64,000 bases of DNA from an uncultured Spirochaetota bacterium (GCA_963835575.1 CAWIGG010000002.1:32001-96000), one strand, 5' to 3'; numbered from the stretch's first letter, positions 39,224 through 49,924 are shown. Notes: generated by a model not told the origin, from the sequence alone. Translations and numbers: made by a program.

Positions 39224-39988
39224 ATGGCAATATATAAGCCTGAGCATGTGAAAAATACCGCTTCATCGGGCATAGTTACAGAAGACCTTGTTAAAATCTA
39301 TAAAAAAAGAAGAGTTGTCAACGATATTTCATTCCATATCAATCAGGGCGAGATTGTCGGGCTTTTAGGGCCGAACGGCGCCGGAAAGACCACGACGTTT
39401 TATATGATTGTCGGCCTCATAAAGCCTGATGAAGGCAAGGTGTTTTTAAAAGGCGAAAATATCGCCGGCTATCCGATGTACAAAAGAGCCCTTATGGGGA
39501 TCGGCTACCTCCCGCAGGAAATGTCGATTTTCAGGAAATTATCCGTGGAAGATAATATAAAAAGCGTTTTAGACCTGCAGGGCAAGGAAAAAGATGAAAT
39601 TGAAGAAATAACCAATTCGCTAATCAGGGAACTGGGCCTCGAAAAGATCCGGTTTCAAAAGGCTTATACCCTGTCAGGCGGTGAAAAAAGAAGGACTGAG
39701 GTCGCGAGAATCCTTTCCATCAGGCCGAATTTTCTTCTGCTGGATGAACCGTTTACGGGAATTGACCCGATAGCCATAGCGGACATTCAGAATATCATTC
39801 TTCAACTCAAAAAAGAAAGAGGGCTCGGCATTCTCATTACCGACCATAATGTCCGTGAAACCCTTAAAATCACTGACAGGGCATATATCATCCATGAAGG
39901 CAAAATACTCGTCAGCGGCACGTCGAACCAATTGATAAAAGATAAAGAAGCAAGGCGCATTTATCTCGGAAGGGATTTTTCCATGTAA
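39224..39988 (+). CDS. lptB: LPS export ABC transporter ATP-binding protein
   Basis: GPNGAGKTTTFYMIVG, YLPQE.SIFRKL, DEPFTGIDP, LITDHNVRETL. Confidence 0.93.
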   Translation: MAIYKPEHVKNTASSGIVTEDLVKIYKKRRVVNDISFHINQGEIVGLLGPNGAGKTTTFYMIVGLIKPDEGKVFLKGENIAGYPMYKRALMGIGYLPQEMSIFRKLSVEDNIKSVLDLQGKEKDEIEEITNSLIRELGLEKIRFQKAYTLSGGEKRRTEVARILSIRPNFLLLDEPFTGIDPIAIADIQNIILQLKKERGLGILITDHNVRETLKITDRAYIIHEGKILVSGTSNQLIKDKEARRIYLGRDFSM

Positions 39989-39994
39989 GCGGAG

Positions 39995-40384
39995 CTATTT
40001 CTTTTTAGCCTTGATTTTTTCCGTCATTTCCTTCGCGAGGACCTGTGGCGCGGGATTACTCAGCTTGAAATAGAGGACCTCGTTAAAATATCTTAAAGCC
40101 TCATCAATCTTAGACTGTTTATATTTGATAAATCCGATCTCATACTTGGCCCATGCCCGGGCATCATTATATTCTTCCGTATCGTTAGTGTAAATTTTAT
40201 CAACTTCAGTATAATAGTAGATTGCCTCGTCATAACTGTAGAAGCTGTATTTTTCAGCGCCCATCTCCATCACTTTTTTTACCGGCATCTGCTGCAACTC
40301 TTTTTCAGGCAGTACATTTGTTCCCCCGCAGCCTGAAATAACAGCGCCTGTTAAAAGCAATAATATCGCTATTTTTATCTGCAT
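39995..40384 (-). CDS. TPR-like lipoprotein
   Basis: Lipobox ISGC; AWAKYEIGFI.Y.Q helical repeat. Confidence 0.7.
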   Translation of the reverse strand: MQIKIAILLLLTGAVISGCGGTNVLPEKELQQMPVKKVMEMGAEKYSFYSYDEAIYYYTEVDKIYTNDTEEYNDARAWAKYEIGFIKYKQSKIDEALRYFNEVLYFKLSNPAPQVLAKEMTEKIKAKKK

Positions 40385-40657
40385 ATTGACTCCCTTTAAT
40401 TCAATGAATTATTTCATATACTGTTTAGTATACAATCAATTTTCATTTTCATCAACTTATCCATTTGAGAAACCTTAATCAGCCACAGAATGGATTCGGC
40501 AGGAATCAAAAGGATTATCGGGATAGCAGCCACAGAATTTCACAGAATAACACTGAATAAAACTGAATACTAAATGAAAGAATAATGGTTTTATTAAAAG
40601 TTTATTATTTTCAGCGTTATATTTCTGTGTGCTTCTGTGAAACTTGTGATGAGCCTG

Positions 40658-40756
40658 CAGACTGTGTGAAAACTATTTTTCGCCACGTATTTATTGAAGT
40701 TACGGAACGAAAAATATAGAATTACGATGCAAAACACCGACTTTTCACACAGTCTG
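40658..40756. mobile_element. 99-bp MITE, copy 2 (TSD CTG)
   Basis: One substitution relative to copy 1; same TIRs. Confidence 0.9.
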
Positions 40757-40869
40757 CTGTCGAATCCATTCTGTGGCAGACCTTGAGTCTTTTCTTCAAA
40801 ATTCATTTGCCTTTTTAAATCAGTATTATTAGTATTGATTTAGAGAATAATATCCGATTGGAGGTCCAG

Positions 40870-41541
40870 ATGAAGAAAAGATTTAAGGTAATTTTGATAA
40901 TAATTGCCTTATTTTTTTCCTTTAAAATTCTATTTTCAGTTGAAGAAAAACCTTTGAGCATTCAGGCGGTTCTCTCTGAGATCAGGCTGGATGAAGGCTT
41001 GAAGAAGAATGAGAATATCAATACCGGCAAAGTCAGTCCGGCAAGGCTGGAGGAATTGGGGGATTCCGTTATGGAAGCGTTGATAGGTAATCATGATCTG
41101 CATGAACTCCTTGATAAAAAATGGGGCGGTGAAGGTTCGCCGGCACTTAAGGAAATGCATCAGAGGATCGGTTATCATTATCTTGCCGGCTATCCTATGG
41201 GCATGCTGGGCTGGATGACGGGTTATCCTGAAAATAATAATAATGAGACAAATCAAATATTTAGTCAAAATCGGTTTAGAGGAGGTTATCCTATGATGTG
41301 GGGCAATTGGAACGGGAATTGGCCCGGAATGATGGGCTGGTGGGGCTTCGGGGGAGCTTTTATGGGACTGCTGTTTTTTATATTGCTTATTGTAATTATA
41401 GTATTTGTTATCCGCGCGGCAAGAGGCGGAGCTTACAGGGGATTGGGAGAAACACCCCTGGATATACTTAAAAAGCGCTACGCGAAGGGCGAAATCACAA
41501 AAGAAGAATTTGAGCGGATCAAAAAAGATATCACAGGTTAA
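40870..41541 (+). CDS. Membrane protein with Met/Gly-rich segment and C-terminal SHOCT domain
   Basis: TPLDILKKRYAKGEITKEEFERIKKDI; GGAGG SD before ATG 40870. Confidence 0.8.
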   Translation: MKKRFKVILIIIALFFSFKILFSVEEKPLSIQAVLSEIRLDEGLKKNENINTGKVSPARLEELGDSVMEALIGNHDLHELLDKKWGGEGSPALKEMHQRIGYHYLAGYPMGMLGWMTGYPENNNNETNQIFSQNRFRGGYPMMWGNWNGNWPGMMGWWGFGGAFMGLLFFILLIVIIVFVIRAARGGAYRGLGETPLDILKKRYAKGEITKEEFERIKKDITG

Positions 41542-41771
41542 TTCCTTTACAGGAATTCCTCCTATAAAAGGGCGCCCCGGGCCGTGAGATCCGGGATGCC
41601 CCGCATTTTCTTTCATCGGTTTCATTTTTAAAAGCTTTTTATATTAAAGAGGGCGAATGAGACGGTTAAACTTCTATTATTATAAATCCGTTATCTATAT
41701 GACATAAAATAGTTTTTACCCTTGATTAATCAATTAGTTATTGTATAATCAAAAGGAGAAGGAGGCTGATT

Positions 41772-42740
41772 ATGGAATTCGGCGATATACAGGTTTTATC
41801 CGAAAAACTGATTGCCAATATAGAAAAAGTAATTGTCGGAAAGCGGAACGTAATTGAAAAAGCCCTTGTCGCGCTGTACTGCAGGGGGCATATCCTGCTT
41901 GAGGATGTGCCGGGCCTGGGAAAAACAATGCTGGCGCGCTCGATAGCGAAATCAATTGACGCCTCTTTTAAAAGGATCCAGGGTACGCCGGACCTTCTAC
42001 CCGTTGATATCATAGGCGTATCCATATATAACGCCGAAACCAGGAAATTTGAATACCGGAGAGGACCGATTTTCGCCAGCATCGTTCTTGTCGATGAAAT
42101 AAACCGCGCCACTCCGAAAACGCAGTCGGCCATGCTTGAAGCCATGGGCAAATCGCAGGTGTCGGTTGAAGGGATCACCCTTCCGCTTCCGGAGCCTTTT
42201 TTTGTGATCGCCACTGAAAACCCGATCGAATTTGAAGGCACATTCCCGCTGCCGGAGGCGCAGATGGACAGGTTCTTTGTCAGCTTGGCGATCGGGTATC
42301 CTGAACCAAAGGAAGAAGAGGAAATCATCCTGATGCAGAATAAAACGCATCCAATTTATGCGCTCACCGCGGTTGTCAGCACGGATGATGTCAAACAGAT
42401 CCAGAACCTTATCTTTAACGTTCATGTGGACAACTCGCTGAGGGAATATATTGTCAGTATTGTCAACAGCACAAGAAATGATCCCAACCTGGAATTGGGC
42501 TCATCGCCCCGCGGAAGTATCGCGCTTTACAAGGCGGCGCAGGCATTTGCCGCGATTAACGGCAGGGATTATGTCATTCCTGAGGATATCAAGACGCTGG
42601 CTTATCCCATACTCAAACACCGTATCATCATGCGCTCCGAGGCCAAATTGAAGAATTTAAAACCAGAAAATATCATAGAGAAGATTCTGTCCAATTTACC
42701 TGTGCCTGTTAAGGCGGAAACCAAGGCGACCCCCTCATAA
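41772..42740 (+). CDS. MoxR-family AAA+ ATPase
   Basis: HILLEDVPGLGKT, DEINRATPKTQSAMLEAM, NPIEFEGTFPLPEAQMDRF. Confidence 0.93.
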   Translation: MEFGDIQVLSEKLIANIEKVIVGKRNVIEKALVALYCRGHILLEDVPGLGKTMLARSIAKSIDASFKRIQGTPDLLPVDIIGVSIYNAETRKFEYRRGPIFASIVLVDEINRATPKTQSAMLEAMGKSQVSVEGITLPLPEPFFVIATENPIEFEGTFPLPEAQMDRFFVSLAIGYPEPKEEEEIILMQNKTHPIYALTAVVSTDDVKQIQNLIFNVHVDNSLREYIVSIVNSTRNDPNLELGSSPRGSIALYKAAQAFAAINGRDYVIPEDIKTLAYPILKHRIIMRSEAKLKNLKPENIIEKILSNLPVPVKAETKATPS

Positions 42741-42761
42741 ATTTAGTTCGGAGATTCATTC

Positions 42762-43940
42762 ATGACAAAAGCGCGCGCGGCTTTTTTCTTTATCCTGCTT
42801 ATGGTCAACTTTTTATTTATTGATTTTCCCGGCGCTAAAATTATTACTTACGGCGGAATTATTTTAATCCTTATCAATTTTATCTACACAAAAATAATAC
42901 AGGGGAATTTTGAAGTCGAAAGGGAATCCGAGAATTATACTATTTTTTCCGGGATCAGCGAAATCAGCAGATTATTTATCGCCAATAAATCATTCCTGCC
43001 GGTCCATGCGATTTTAGTGAACGACTATGCCGATCTTGATATCAGTCCCCAGCAGAGCCATTCTTTTATTGCGCTGATACCTGCGAAGAAGAAGAACACA
43101 TTTGAATATAATATCTACGGCAGGAAAAGGGGCAGGTACAAAATCGGGCCGACTATTGTCAAATTCAATGATATTCTCGGTATGTTTTCCTTTAATTTTG
43201 AGATTGACACGCATAAGGAAGTCATTGTTTTTCCGAGGATATATAAGATCCCATATATGAGTTATAAGAGCCTTCAGCCCCAGGGCGTCATAAAAAATAA
43301 AGTGCCTATTTTTGAGGACCCTTCCCTCATTACGGGCCTTCGCGAGTATGTGGTCGGTGACGACGTAAAAAAAATAAACTGGAAGATATCGGCCAAGCAC
43401 GGCAAATACCTTGTGAACACATATCAGCATTCAATTTCCTCCGCCAGCATCATCATACTGAATCTCTTTGATGAGGAATACAACTTCCGTGAAAAGGATT
43501 TCTATGTCGAGCAGGCTATTGAGCTTTGCGCCTCGCTTTCGAACGAGCTTTTTCTCATCAAGCAGGAATTCGGCTTGGTGGCCAACTGCAATAAAGATAA
43601 TAATGATACGGTCCTTATTTCCGCCATAGGAAAAAGCGAAAATCATTTTAAGAACCTTTTAATGGACATGGCTTTGATCGAAACTAATAAAACCATCCGC
43701 GTCAGGGATGTTTTTGATAAGCTTAAATATGTCAGGTGGGGATTATCTATTTTTCTCATCACAACGCGGCTGGACGAAGAAACTCTTAATCAATTGATCC
43801 ATTTTCAAAAAAGGGGCCATACGATTACCATCATTAATACAGGGCCTGAAATCCGGAAGGATTTAAGCCTCTGGAATATCGGGTTCCAGAGTTTTTATGC
43901 CGAGCATGAAGCTAATATGATCAACTTATTGAGGCTGTAG
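42762..43940 (+). CDS. DUF58-domain protein
   Basis: RGRYKIGP, D.LGMF, VIVFP, GLREYVVGDD.KKINWKISAK. Confidence 0.85.
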   Translation: MTKARAAFFFILLMVNFLFIDFPGAKIITYGGIILILINFIYTKIIQGNFEVERESENYTIFSGISEISRLFIANKSFLPVHAILVNDYADLDISPQQSHSFIALIPAKKKNTFEYNIYGRKRGRYKIGPTIVKFNDILGMFSFNFEIDTHKEVIVFPRIYKIPYMSYKSLQPQGVIKNKVPIFEDPSLITGLREYVVGDDVKKINWKISAKHGKYLVNTYQHSISSASIIILNLFDEEYNFREKDFYVEQAIELCASLSNELFLIKQEFGLVANCNKDNNDTVLISAIGKSENHFKNLLMDMALIETNKTIRVRDVFDKLKYVRWGLSIFLITTRLDEETLNQLIHFQKRGHTITIINTGPEIRKDLSLWNIGFQSFYAEHEANMINLLRL

Positions 43941-43951
43941 GAGGCCGGTGG

Positions 43952-45499
43952 ATGTACGCCCAGAGCAGAAGGTTATTCATCATATTTCTCTGGCTGACTT
44001 TGACGTCAATTACCGGAATATTATTTTACGGCATCATCAGCCTGTTTTTGAGCAATTTCGGCAACACTGCCCTGTGGATCAATATCACTCTCTTTTTTGT
44101 GAGCTACTTTTTAGTGATCATTTACTTCAGCGACCGTGCGGGTTCGGTTATCAAGATCATACTCGGGTTTTTGCTGCTGCTCGGCGCTTTCTTCGCGGCG
44201 CAGTATTTTATCCGTTTCTTTCTAGGCTCTTTTAAAATAATTCAGTTCAGTAATCTCCAGCTTTTACTCCTGATTACCGGGTTATTTCTTATTCTCAGGC
44301 TTTATTTGAACAGCATTAAGAAAGGGTTCGATAAGATCTATATGATACTCAATAATGAAAGCCGTTTTCCCTCAAAGGACAGGTTCAGGGAATGGGCTGA
44401 GGGCCAGATTGATGTCAAAAATGAAAAGATTGAGCCCGTCTGGTTTATCAAGCTCATAACAAACACGGGTTTTTTCCTTCTTGCGCTTTCCTTTATCGGC
44501 ATTGCCAAAAACCCGGAAACGAAATGGTTCCATTCGCTTTTTCTCTTATGCCTGGGGCTGGGCAGCGTCGGGATTTATCTTATTTTATACCAGCTTTCTT
44601 CCATATTAAAGTGGAAGCTTCTGGGCTACGGCATTAAAGAGGAGATCGTTAAAAACTGGAACAGGATGATCGGCTTTATTTATCTTCCGCTTGCCTTACT
44701 GCCGCTCCTGATACCATGGAACTTTATCCTGTTTCCCACAAAATGGCTGACGGACGCGCTGAATAAGTTTTTCTCCAGACTGGCGCTGACTATCAACCTG
44801 GCGCCGGCGGCCCAAGCGATGGAAAACCAGCCTTTGAATGAAGCGCCCGCCGGCAATGAAAATCTTTCAACCCTGATCTGGAACACGACATGGACGATTG
44901 TTAAATATCTTGTCCTGGCCTTATGCGCTTATATTGCCTTTTATCTCATCCTCGCATTGATCGGGAGCGTTTTACTCATTATCTTCCTGAAAAGGGAAAG
45001 GCCGGCATGGGCCATGTTTTTTATCAGGCGTTTTCAGAGGATTATTAAAATCATAACCGGCTTTTTCAAGATCCTGTACATGATCCTTATGCTAATTTTA
45101 AAGATTTTCGGGTTCGGAAACGCCGGAAAGAAAAAAGTTGACAAACGGACACAGCGGCTTGAAAAGCAGCTGTTATCATTTTTTGATAAATACGATCAGC
45201 TTCCGGATGAAAAAATGGAAGAGATCAAGACGATCATCAAAGAGTTTGTCCGGATGATCGAAATCGCGGGCCGCCTTGTAACGCCGTATTACTTTCATTA
45301 CGGCCCCAAGGAATACACCCACATGCTGATCGGGTTTCTTCCCGACCTTAAAAACGATTTGATAAGGATCGTGGACATTTTCAACGAAAGCCGGTACAGC
45401 CTCCATCTCCTGAACGAGGAAAAGAAAAAGGATTTCAAAGTCTCAATAGATGTGGTCATTCAAGAGATATCGTCAAGGCCGCAAACGCCTGCGAAGTGA
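43952..45499 (+). CDS. Multi-pass membrane protein (DUF4129-like C-terminus)
   Basis: Many TM helices; C-terminal P.EY...F.ESRYS.H; follows MoxR and DUF58. Confidence 0.65.
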   Translation: MYAQSRRLFIIFLWLTLTSITGILFYGIISLFLSNFGNTALWINITLFFVSYFLVIIYFSDRAGSVIKIILGFLLLLGAFFAAQYFIRFFLGSFKIIQFSNLQLLLLITGLFLILRLYLNSIKKGFDKIYMILNNESRFPSKDRFREWAEGQIDVKNEKIEPVWFIKLITNTGFFLLALSFIGIAKNPETKWFHSLFLLCLGLGSVGIYLILYQLSSILKWKLLGYGIKEEIVKNWNRMIGFIYLPLALLPLLIPWNFILFPTKWLTDALNKFFSRLALTINLAPAAQAMENQPLNEAPAGNENLSTLIWNTTWTIVKYLVLALCAYIAFYLILALIGSVLLIIFLKRERPAWAMFFIRRFQRIIKIITGFFKILYMILMLILKIFGFGNAGKKKVDKRTQRLEKQLLSFFDKYDQLPDEKMEEIKTIIKEFVRMIEIAGRLVTPYYFHYGPKEYTHMLIGFLPDLKNDLIRIVDIFNESRYSLHLLNEEKKKDFKVSIDVVIQEISSRPQTPAK

Positions 45500-45531
45500 G
45501 AAAGGATTAATACCCAAAATTGCTTTTTTAT

Positions 45532-45932
45532 GCTGATCCCAATTAATCAGGATTTCAAGGATTTTGCAGGATTCTCAGGATAATATAATTTATTGTTTAA
45601 TATGAATTAACCACAGACATGAAGATCGCCAAGAAGCACTAACAAAGTTTTCCTAGTTCCGCTTCTGAATCTTCCGCTAAGTCACGCTAAGATAAAATAT
45701 ACTTTACCAGATATTTCATATTACTCTCTGAGTTAATAGCATTTCAATACACTTTTTCCCCTACTGCAAAGACTCAAAGATAGCTAAGTATTACAATAAA
45801 TTTCCTAAATCCCATATTCGCGTTTATTAGCGTGCATTAGCGGATTATCCGTTCCAACGTAATCTTTTGATAACCATAAGGAACAACTTCAATCCTGATT
45901 AATCCTGCTGATCCTGAATTATTGGGGTCAGC
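45532..45932. repeat. ~400-bp composite MITE-like element; inverted homologue at 55173-55571
   Basis: Ends GCTGATCCCAAT / ATTGGGGTCAGC; CAGGATT repeats; internal REP bracket; colinear homology with the second copy. Confidence 0.8.
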
Positions 45933-45986
45933 AAATTAGATATGTTGTAAAATAAATTTAGTAAAACACAAAAATGACTTCCAATT

Positions 45987-46256
45987 TTATTTATCCTCGA
46001 TCTTCTCCACAACGATCCTGCATTTCGTCACCAGCGCCGCCAGGGCGCCGACGGCAGCCCAGACAGGAAGGAGAGCGGCGCCGATAACGCCGATGGTGAG
46101 CGGTATCTCGATCAGGCTCTGGCCTTCCTCGTTCTTGATCGTGATGCGGCGGATGTTTCCTTCATGAAGGATCTCCTTGATCTTGGAAAGAAGGATGTCG
46201 CCGCTGACCTTGAATTCCTCCGTCCGCGTTTTCTCGTTCTTTTTTTCCTCTTCCAT
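45987..46256 (-). CDS. DUF4342-domain protein
   Basis: EEFKVSG..LL.KIKE..HEGNIRRI.IK...LIEIPLTIGV. Confidence 0.85.
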   Translation of the reverse strand: MEEEKKNEKTRTEEFKVSGDILLSKIKEILHEGNIRRITIKNEEGQSLIEIPLTIGVIGAALLPVWAAVGALAALVTKCRIVVEKIEDK

Positions 46257-46314
46257 ACGGCCTCCTTGATAGCAACTAGAATTCCCCCTGCTTGTTCAAA
46301 AACATCTTCTGAAA

Positions 46315-46590
46315 TTAGTATATTGTTATTTTGATTTTTTCACCAAGCGCCGCCGTATATTTTTCAATTGTAGCAAGTTTCACATTCTCAGTATGATTTT
46401 CAAGCCTTGAAATATTATTTTTGTATGTTTTAAGCTTTTTGGCAATTTCCTCCTGTGTTAATCCGGCTTCTTCCCTGACCATCCGAAGCATCGCGCCGAT
46501 CTTAAAATCCTCATAGCCGAGATCAAACTCTTTTGCGAGATCCGGGCGTTTATTTTTAAATTGTTCGATATGTCTATCCAGATCATCCAT
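46315..46590 (-). CDS. XRE-family HTH antitoxin (HigA-like)
   Basis: MDDLDRHI...FDLGYEDFKIG.ML...REEAGLTQEEIA.KL.T.K..ISRLEN. Confidence 0.85.
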   Translation of the reverse strand: MDDLDRHIEQFKNKRPDLAKEFDLGYEDFKIGAMLRMVREEAGLTQEEIAKKLKTYKNNISRLENHTENVKLATIEKYTAALGEKIKITIY

Positions 46591-46864
46591 AAAAATCTCC
46601 TCTCATTTAGTTATAATTTAACTATTGATAATATCCGATTCATCACGCGGATAACACAGATGACACGGATGGATTCGATTAACTCACCACTGGTTTTCAC
46701 GGATTTTTTCTATAAAGGTTTTACTTCCGGTCTCCTTTTCTTTTTCCCGTATAAACATTCCTGAAATATCCATGCTAATCCGTCAAATCCTCCCTCACCA
46801 GTTTGTCGGGCTACACCGGAGAGGCTAACAAACTGGTGGACGCGAGAAACATCGGAACAGCAGC

Positions 46865-46936
46865 AAGACTTTTCATACAACTTTTGACATTACCTTTATT
46901 ATTTTCAGTTCTATAGTAAATAATATTTCTTACCAT
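46865..46936 (-). pseudogene. Remnant 5' end of a RelE/HigB-like toxin gene
   Basis: Translates MVRNIIYYRTENNKGNVKSCMKSL, then runs into repeats; preceded by palindrome GTTATCA-TACG-TGATAAC (46944-46961). Confidence 0.5.
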
Positions 46937-47441
46937 AGACAATGTTATCATACGTGATAACTTAAATCAAGCGGGGCGGAAGTCAAATTATCAATCCAGC
47001 CTTACGGTATGCCTAAAAATAACAGACAGAAATGTCTGTTATACCGGATGAACCGGCGGTATTTTTCCTTCTTTAAAAAAGAATATTTCGCATAAATGAA
47101 AAGAATAATAATCATAAAAGATGTTCAATAAATTGTCCGTTCCCGAGGCCATTTTTCAGTAGAATCATGGACAGCGTAATAAGGCGGCTATTAAAAAAAG
47201 GAATTGTTTTTTTAAAGCCGGATAACACACCTCCATACGATCAGATAGCTTCGTATGAAAATGGCCTCGAAAGTCCTTTTCTTTTCGGTTCACTTTTCTT
47301 TTGGGACTTTCCAAAAGAAAAGTGAACAAACCTCTAAGGGTATGCCTTCCCCTTTTTCTTGATTTTATTTATAATCTTTCTTATTATAGAAAGCCTGAAC
47401 CGTAAGTTTATGGTTCAATTTTTAATTCCGAGAGGGACGAT

Positions 47442-48422
47442 ATGGCAAAGATTTTTCTCAGTCTGATCATACCCTGCTATAATGAGCAGGAGGTCATCGG
47501 GCAGACATACATCAGGGTCAAAAAAGTCCTGACTTCCAATCAATTCAAAGAGCATGAGATCCTCTTTATCAACGACGGAAGCGGCGACAGGACGCTGGAA
47601 ATCCTTGAAAAAATAGCTGGAAAAGATAAGAATGTCAAAGTGATCAGCTTTTCCCGAAACTTCGGGCACCAGGCGGCCGTGTCGGCGGGCATTCACCATG
47701 TTAACGGCGACGCCGCAGTTATCATTGACGGCGACCTGCAGGACCCCCCGGAGCTTATCCCGGATATGGTGGAAATGTGCGTCAAGGAACACTGCAACGT
47801 GGTGTACGGAGTCCGTAAGGTCAGAAAGGGCGAATCCTTCTTTAAAAAATTGACCGCCAAGCTCTTTTACCGTTCGCTCAACTACCTTTCTGAAATTCCC
47901 ATCCCCCTGGACACGGGCGATTTCCGCCTGATCGACAGAAAAGTGATAGATGCGTTTAAAAGTTTAAAGGAAAAAAACAAATACATCCGCGGCCTTGTGA
48001 CGTGGATCGGCTTTAAACAAAGCCCGATCTATTATACGCGCGAGCCGCGCTTTGCCGGCGAAACAAAGTACCCGTTCGCGAAGATGGTAAAATTTGCCAC
48101 GACCGGGCTTCTTTATTTTACCAAAAAGCCTCTCAAGCTTTCTATGGCGCTGGGCTTTTTCAGCATAATCATCGGCATAGGCCTGAGCGTTTACACCGTT
48201 ATTGCCAAATTTTCAAATCTAATAGATACCGTCCCCGGTTGGGCTTCCACAATTATCACACTGGTGTTTTTCGGCGGTGTCCAGCTTATGACCATAGGCG
48301 TGCTGGGGGAATACATCGGCAGCGTTTTTGATGAGATCAAGGGCAGACCCGAATACATTATTGATAAAAAGTGGAATTTTGATGAGGCGGAAGCATGGCA
48401 GAGCAGAAAAAAGAAACGCTGA
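47442..48422 (+). CDS. GT2 polyprenyl-phosphate glycosyltransferase (GtrB/ArnC-like)
   Basis: IIPCYNEQE, NDGSGD, SRNFGHQAA, IDGDLQDPP, GDFRLID; two C-terminal TM helices. Confidence 0.9.
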   Translation: MAKIFLSLIIPCYNEQEVIGQTYIRVKKVLTSNQFKEHEILFINDGSGDRTLEILEKIAGKDKNVKVISFSRNFGHQAAVSAGIHHVNGDAAVIIDGDLQDPPELIPDMVEMCVKEHCNVVYGVRKVRKGESFFKKLTAKLFYRSLNYLSEIPIPLDTGDFRLIDRKVIDAFKSLKEKNKYIRGLVTWIGFKQSPIYYTREPRFAGETKYPFAKMVKFATTGLLYFTKKPLKLSMALGFFSIIIGIGLSVYTVIAKFSNLIDTVPGWASTIITLVFFGGVQLMTIGVLGEYIGSVFDEIKGRPEYIIDKKWNFDEAEAWQSRKKKR

Positions 48423-49924
48423 GGGGATTAATAGAAAAGCATTATTTATTTCTTTTTATATGCGTTCTCATCATTGCCGCCTTAAATATTTTTTTCAACA
48501 TTTCAGGAAGGGCAGTCCAGGATTGGGACGAGGCTCGTCATGGCGTATCAGCCTGTGAAATTGTCAAGAACGGCAGCTGGATCAAAACCACTTATGAGGG
48601 TTCCACGGATTACTGGAATTTAAAGCCGCCTCTGGGCCTCTGGCTCATCGCCGTTTCCTACAAGATTTTCGGTTTTAATACCTTCGCTCTCCGGTTTCCT
48701 TCCGCATTGTCCGCATTTCTCTGCGTGTTTTTCCTGATGCGTCTGGCGGCATCGCGTTGTAATAAAATAACCGCAATATTTTCCGGCCTGATTCTTTCGA
48801 CGGCCTTTGCCTTTATCCAGGCCCACTCCGCGAGGAACGGGGATTTTGACGCCCAGCTGGCCCTGGTCCTTCTTCTGGCTGTTTTTTTTCTGGATAAAAT
48901 GAAAGATAACAAGTATTATTTTACGCTCGGCGTTTTTATGGCGGCGCTGGCTTTTCTGCTGAAAAGCTTCGCATTTATACCGGTTTTATCGGTCATTATT
49001 ATTTCTCTTATATTCATGGAAAAAAAATCAAGGCCGGGGCCGGTTCATTATTTAACCGGGGCCGCTGTTTTTATTCTTCCCATAGCCGCATGGGGATTCG
49101 CACGTTTTTCGCAGGATGGATTTGAATTTTTCCAGAGGATGATCTCTTACGATCTGTTTAGAAGGAGTCTTGAACCGCTGGAGGGTCATTCTTCTTCCAA
49201 TCTTTTTTACCTTGAAGTGATCTTCCTTAAATTTATTCCCTGGGCTCTTTTTTTTCTTGTCTTCCCGTTTTATAAAAACAGGATTTATATAAGAAAGGAA
49301 AACTCCCGGAACAGGATACGGTTCCAGGTAAACGGGTTTTATCAAAACCCCATATTCTGGATCTGGATTCTTGTGCCTCTGGCTATCGTCCTCTTCATAA
49401 AAACGAAAAACGAATGGTATATGGACCCTCTCTACCCGGCTTTTTCATTATGGCTGGGATGGCATATTTCGGACCTCCTGAACGATTCCGTCAAAAAAGG
49501 ATTTTTCGGCCGGCTCCGGCTCATGCTGCCGGCGCTTGTTTTATCATTTTTCATTATAGCGGAATCGGCAATATTGATAGTTGACGGATCGCCGATCCTT
49601 CAAATTGCCTTAAACAAGCGCGCTTCATTTCCGGAAATGGAGAAAATCCTGGAAAAGCAGGTTATTTTGAAAAGTATCCCCGCCGCTGTTGATAAAAGCC
49701 CTGTTGAAATCTACAGCGTTTCATGGGAGCAGGCGGATATCTTTATTATGAGAGTTTTGAAAAACATAAGGCCGGTATTACTCAACAATAATGAAGCTTA
49801 CGCTGCCCTGCATAATGAAAATAGAATGCTGATGATAGAAAACACTTTGTCAAATGCTGATATTGTGCAGTCGGACCGGCTGGACGTAATTTTATCTAAC
49901 CGGCACTGGCTGGTGGCAAAATAG
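48395..49924 (+). CDS. ArnT/PMT-family (GT-C) glycosyltransferase
   Basis: WDEARH, KPPLGLWLIA.S..IFG, ALRFPSAL; multiple TM helices. Confidence 0.85.
   Translation: MAEQKKETLRGLIEKHYLFLFICVLIIAALNIFFNISGRAVQDWDEARHGVSACEIVKNGSWIKTTYEGSTDYWNLKPPLGLWLIAVSYKIFGFNTFALRFPSALSAFLCVFFLMRLAASRCNKITAIFSGLILSTAFAFIQAHSARNGDFDAQLALVLLLAVFFLDKMKDNKYYFTLGVFMAALAFLLKSFAFIPVLSVIIISLIFMEKKSRPGPVHYLTGAAVFILPIAAWGFARFSQDGFEFFQRMISYDLFRRSLEPLEGHSSSNLFYLEVIFLKFIPWALFFLVFPFYKNRIYIRKENSRNRIRFQVNGFYQNPIFWIWILVPLAIVLFIKTKNEWYMDPLYPAFSLWLGWHISDLLNDSVKKGFFGRLRLMLPALVLSFFIIAESAILIVDGSPILQIALNKRASFPEMEKILEKQVILKSIPAAVDKSPVEIYSVSWEQADIFIMRVLKNIRPVLLNNNEAYAALHNENRMLMIENTLSNADIVQSDRLDVILSNRHWLVAK

Noticed and set aside
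40480..40570. CACAGAAT/CTGAATAA short repeats (also CAGGATT at 45545 and CACGGAT at 46640) as a CRISPR array
   Set aside because: Degenerate 8-10 nt units without unique spacers; no cas genes in the window.
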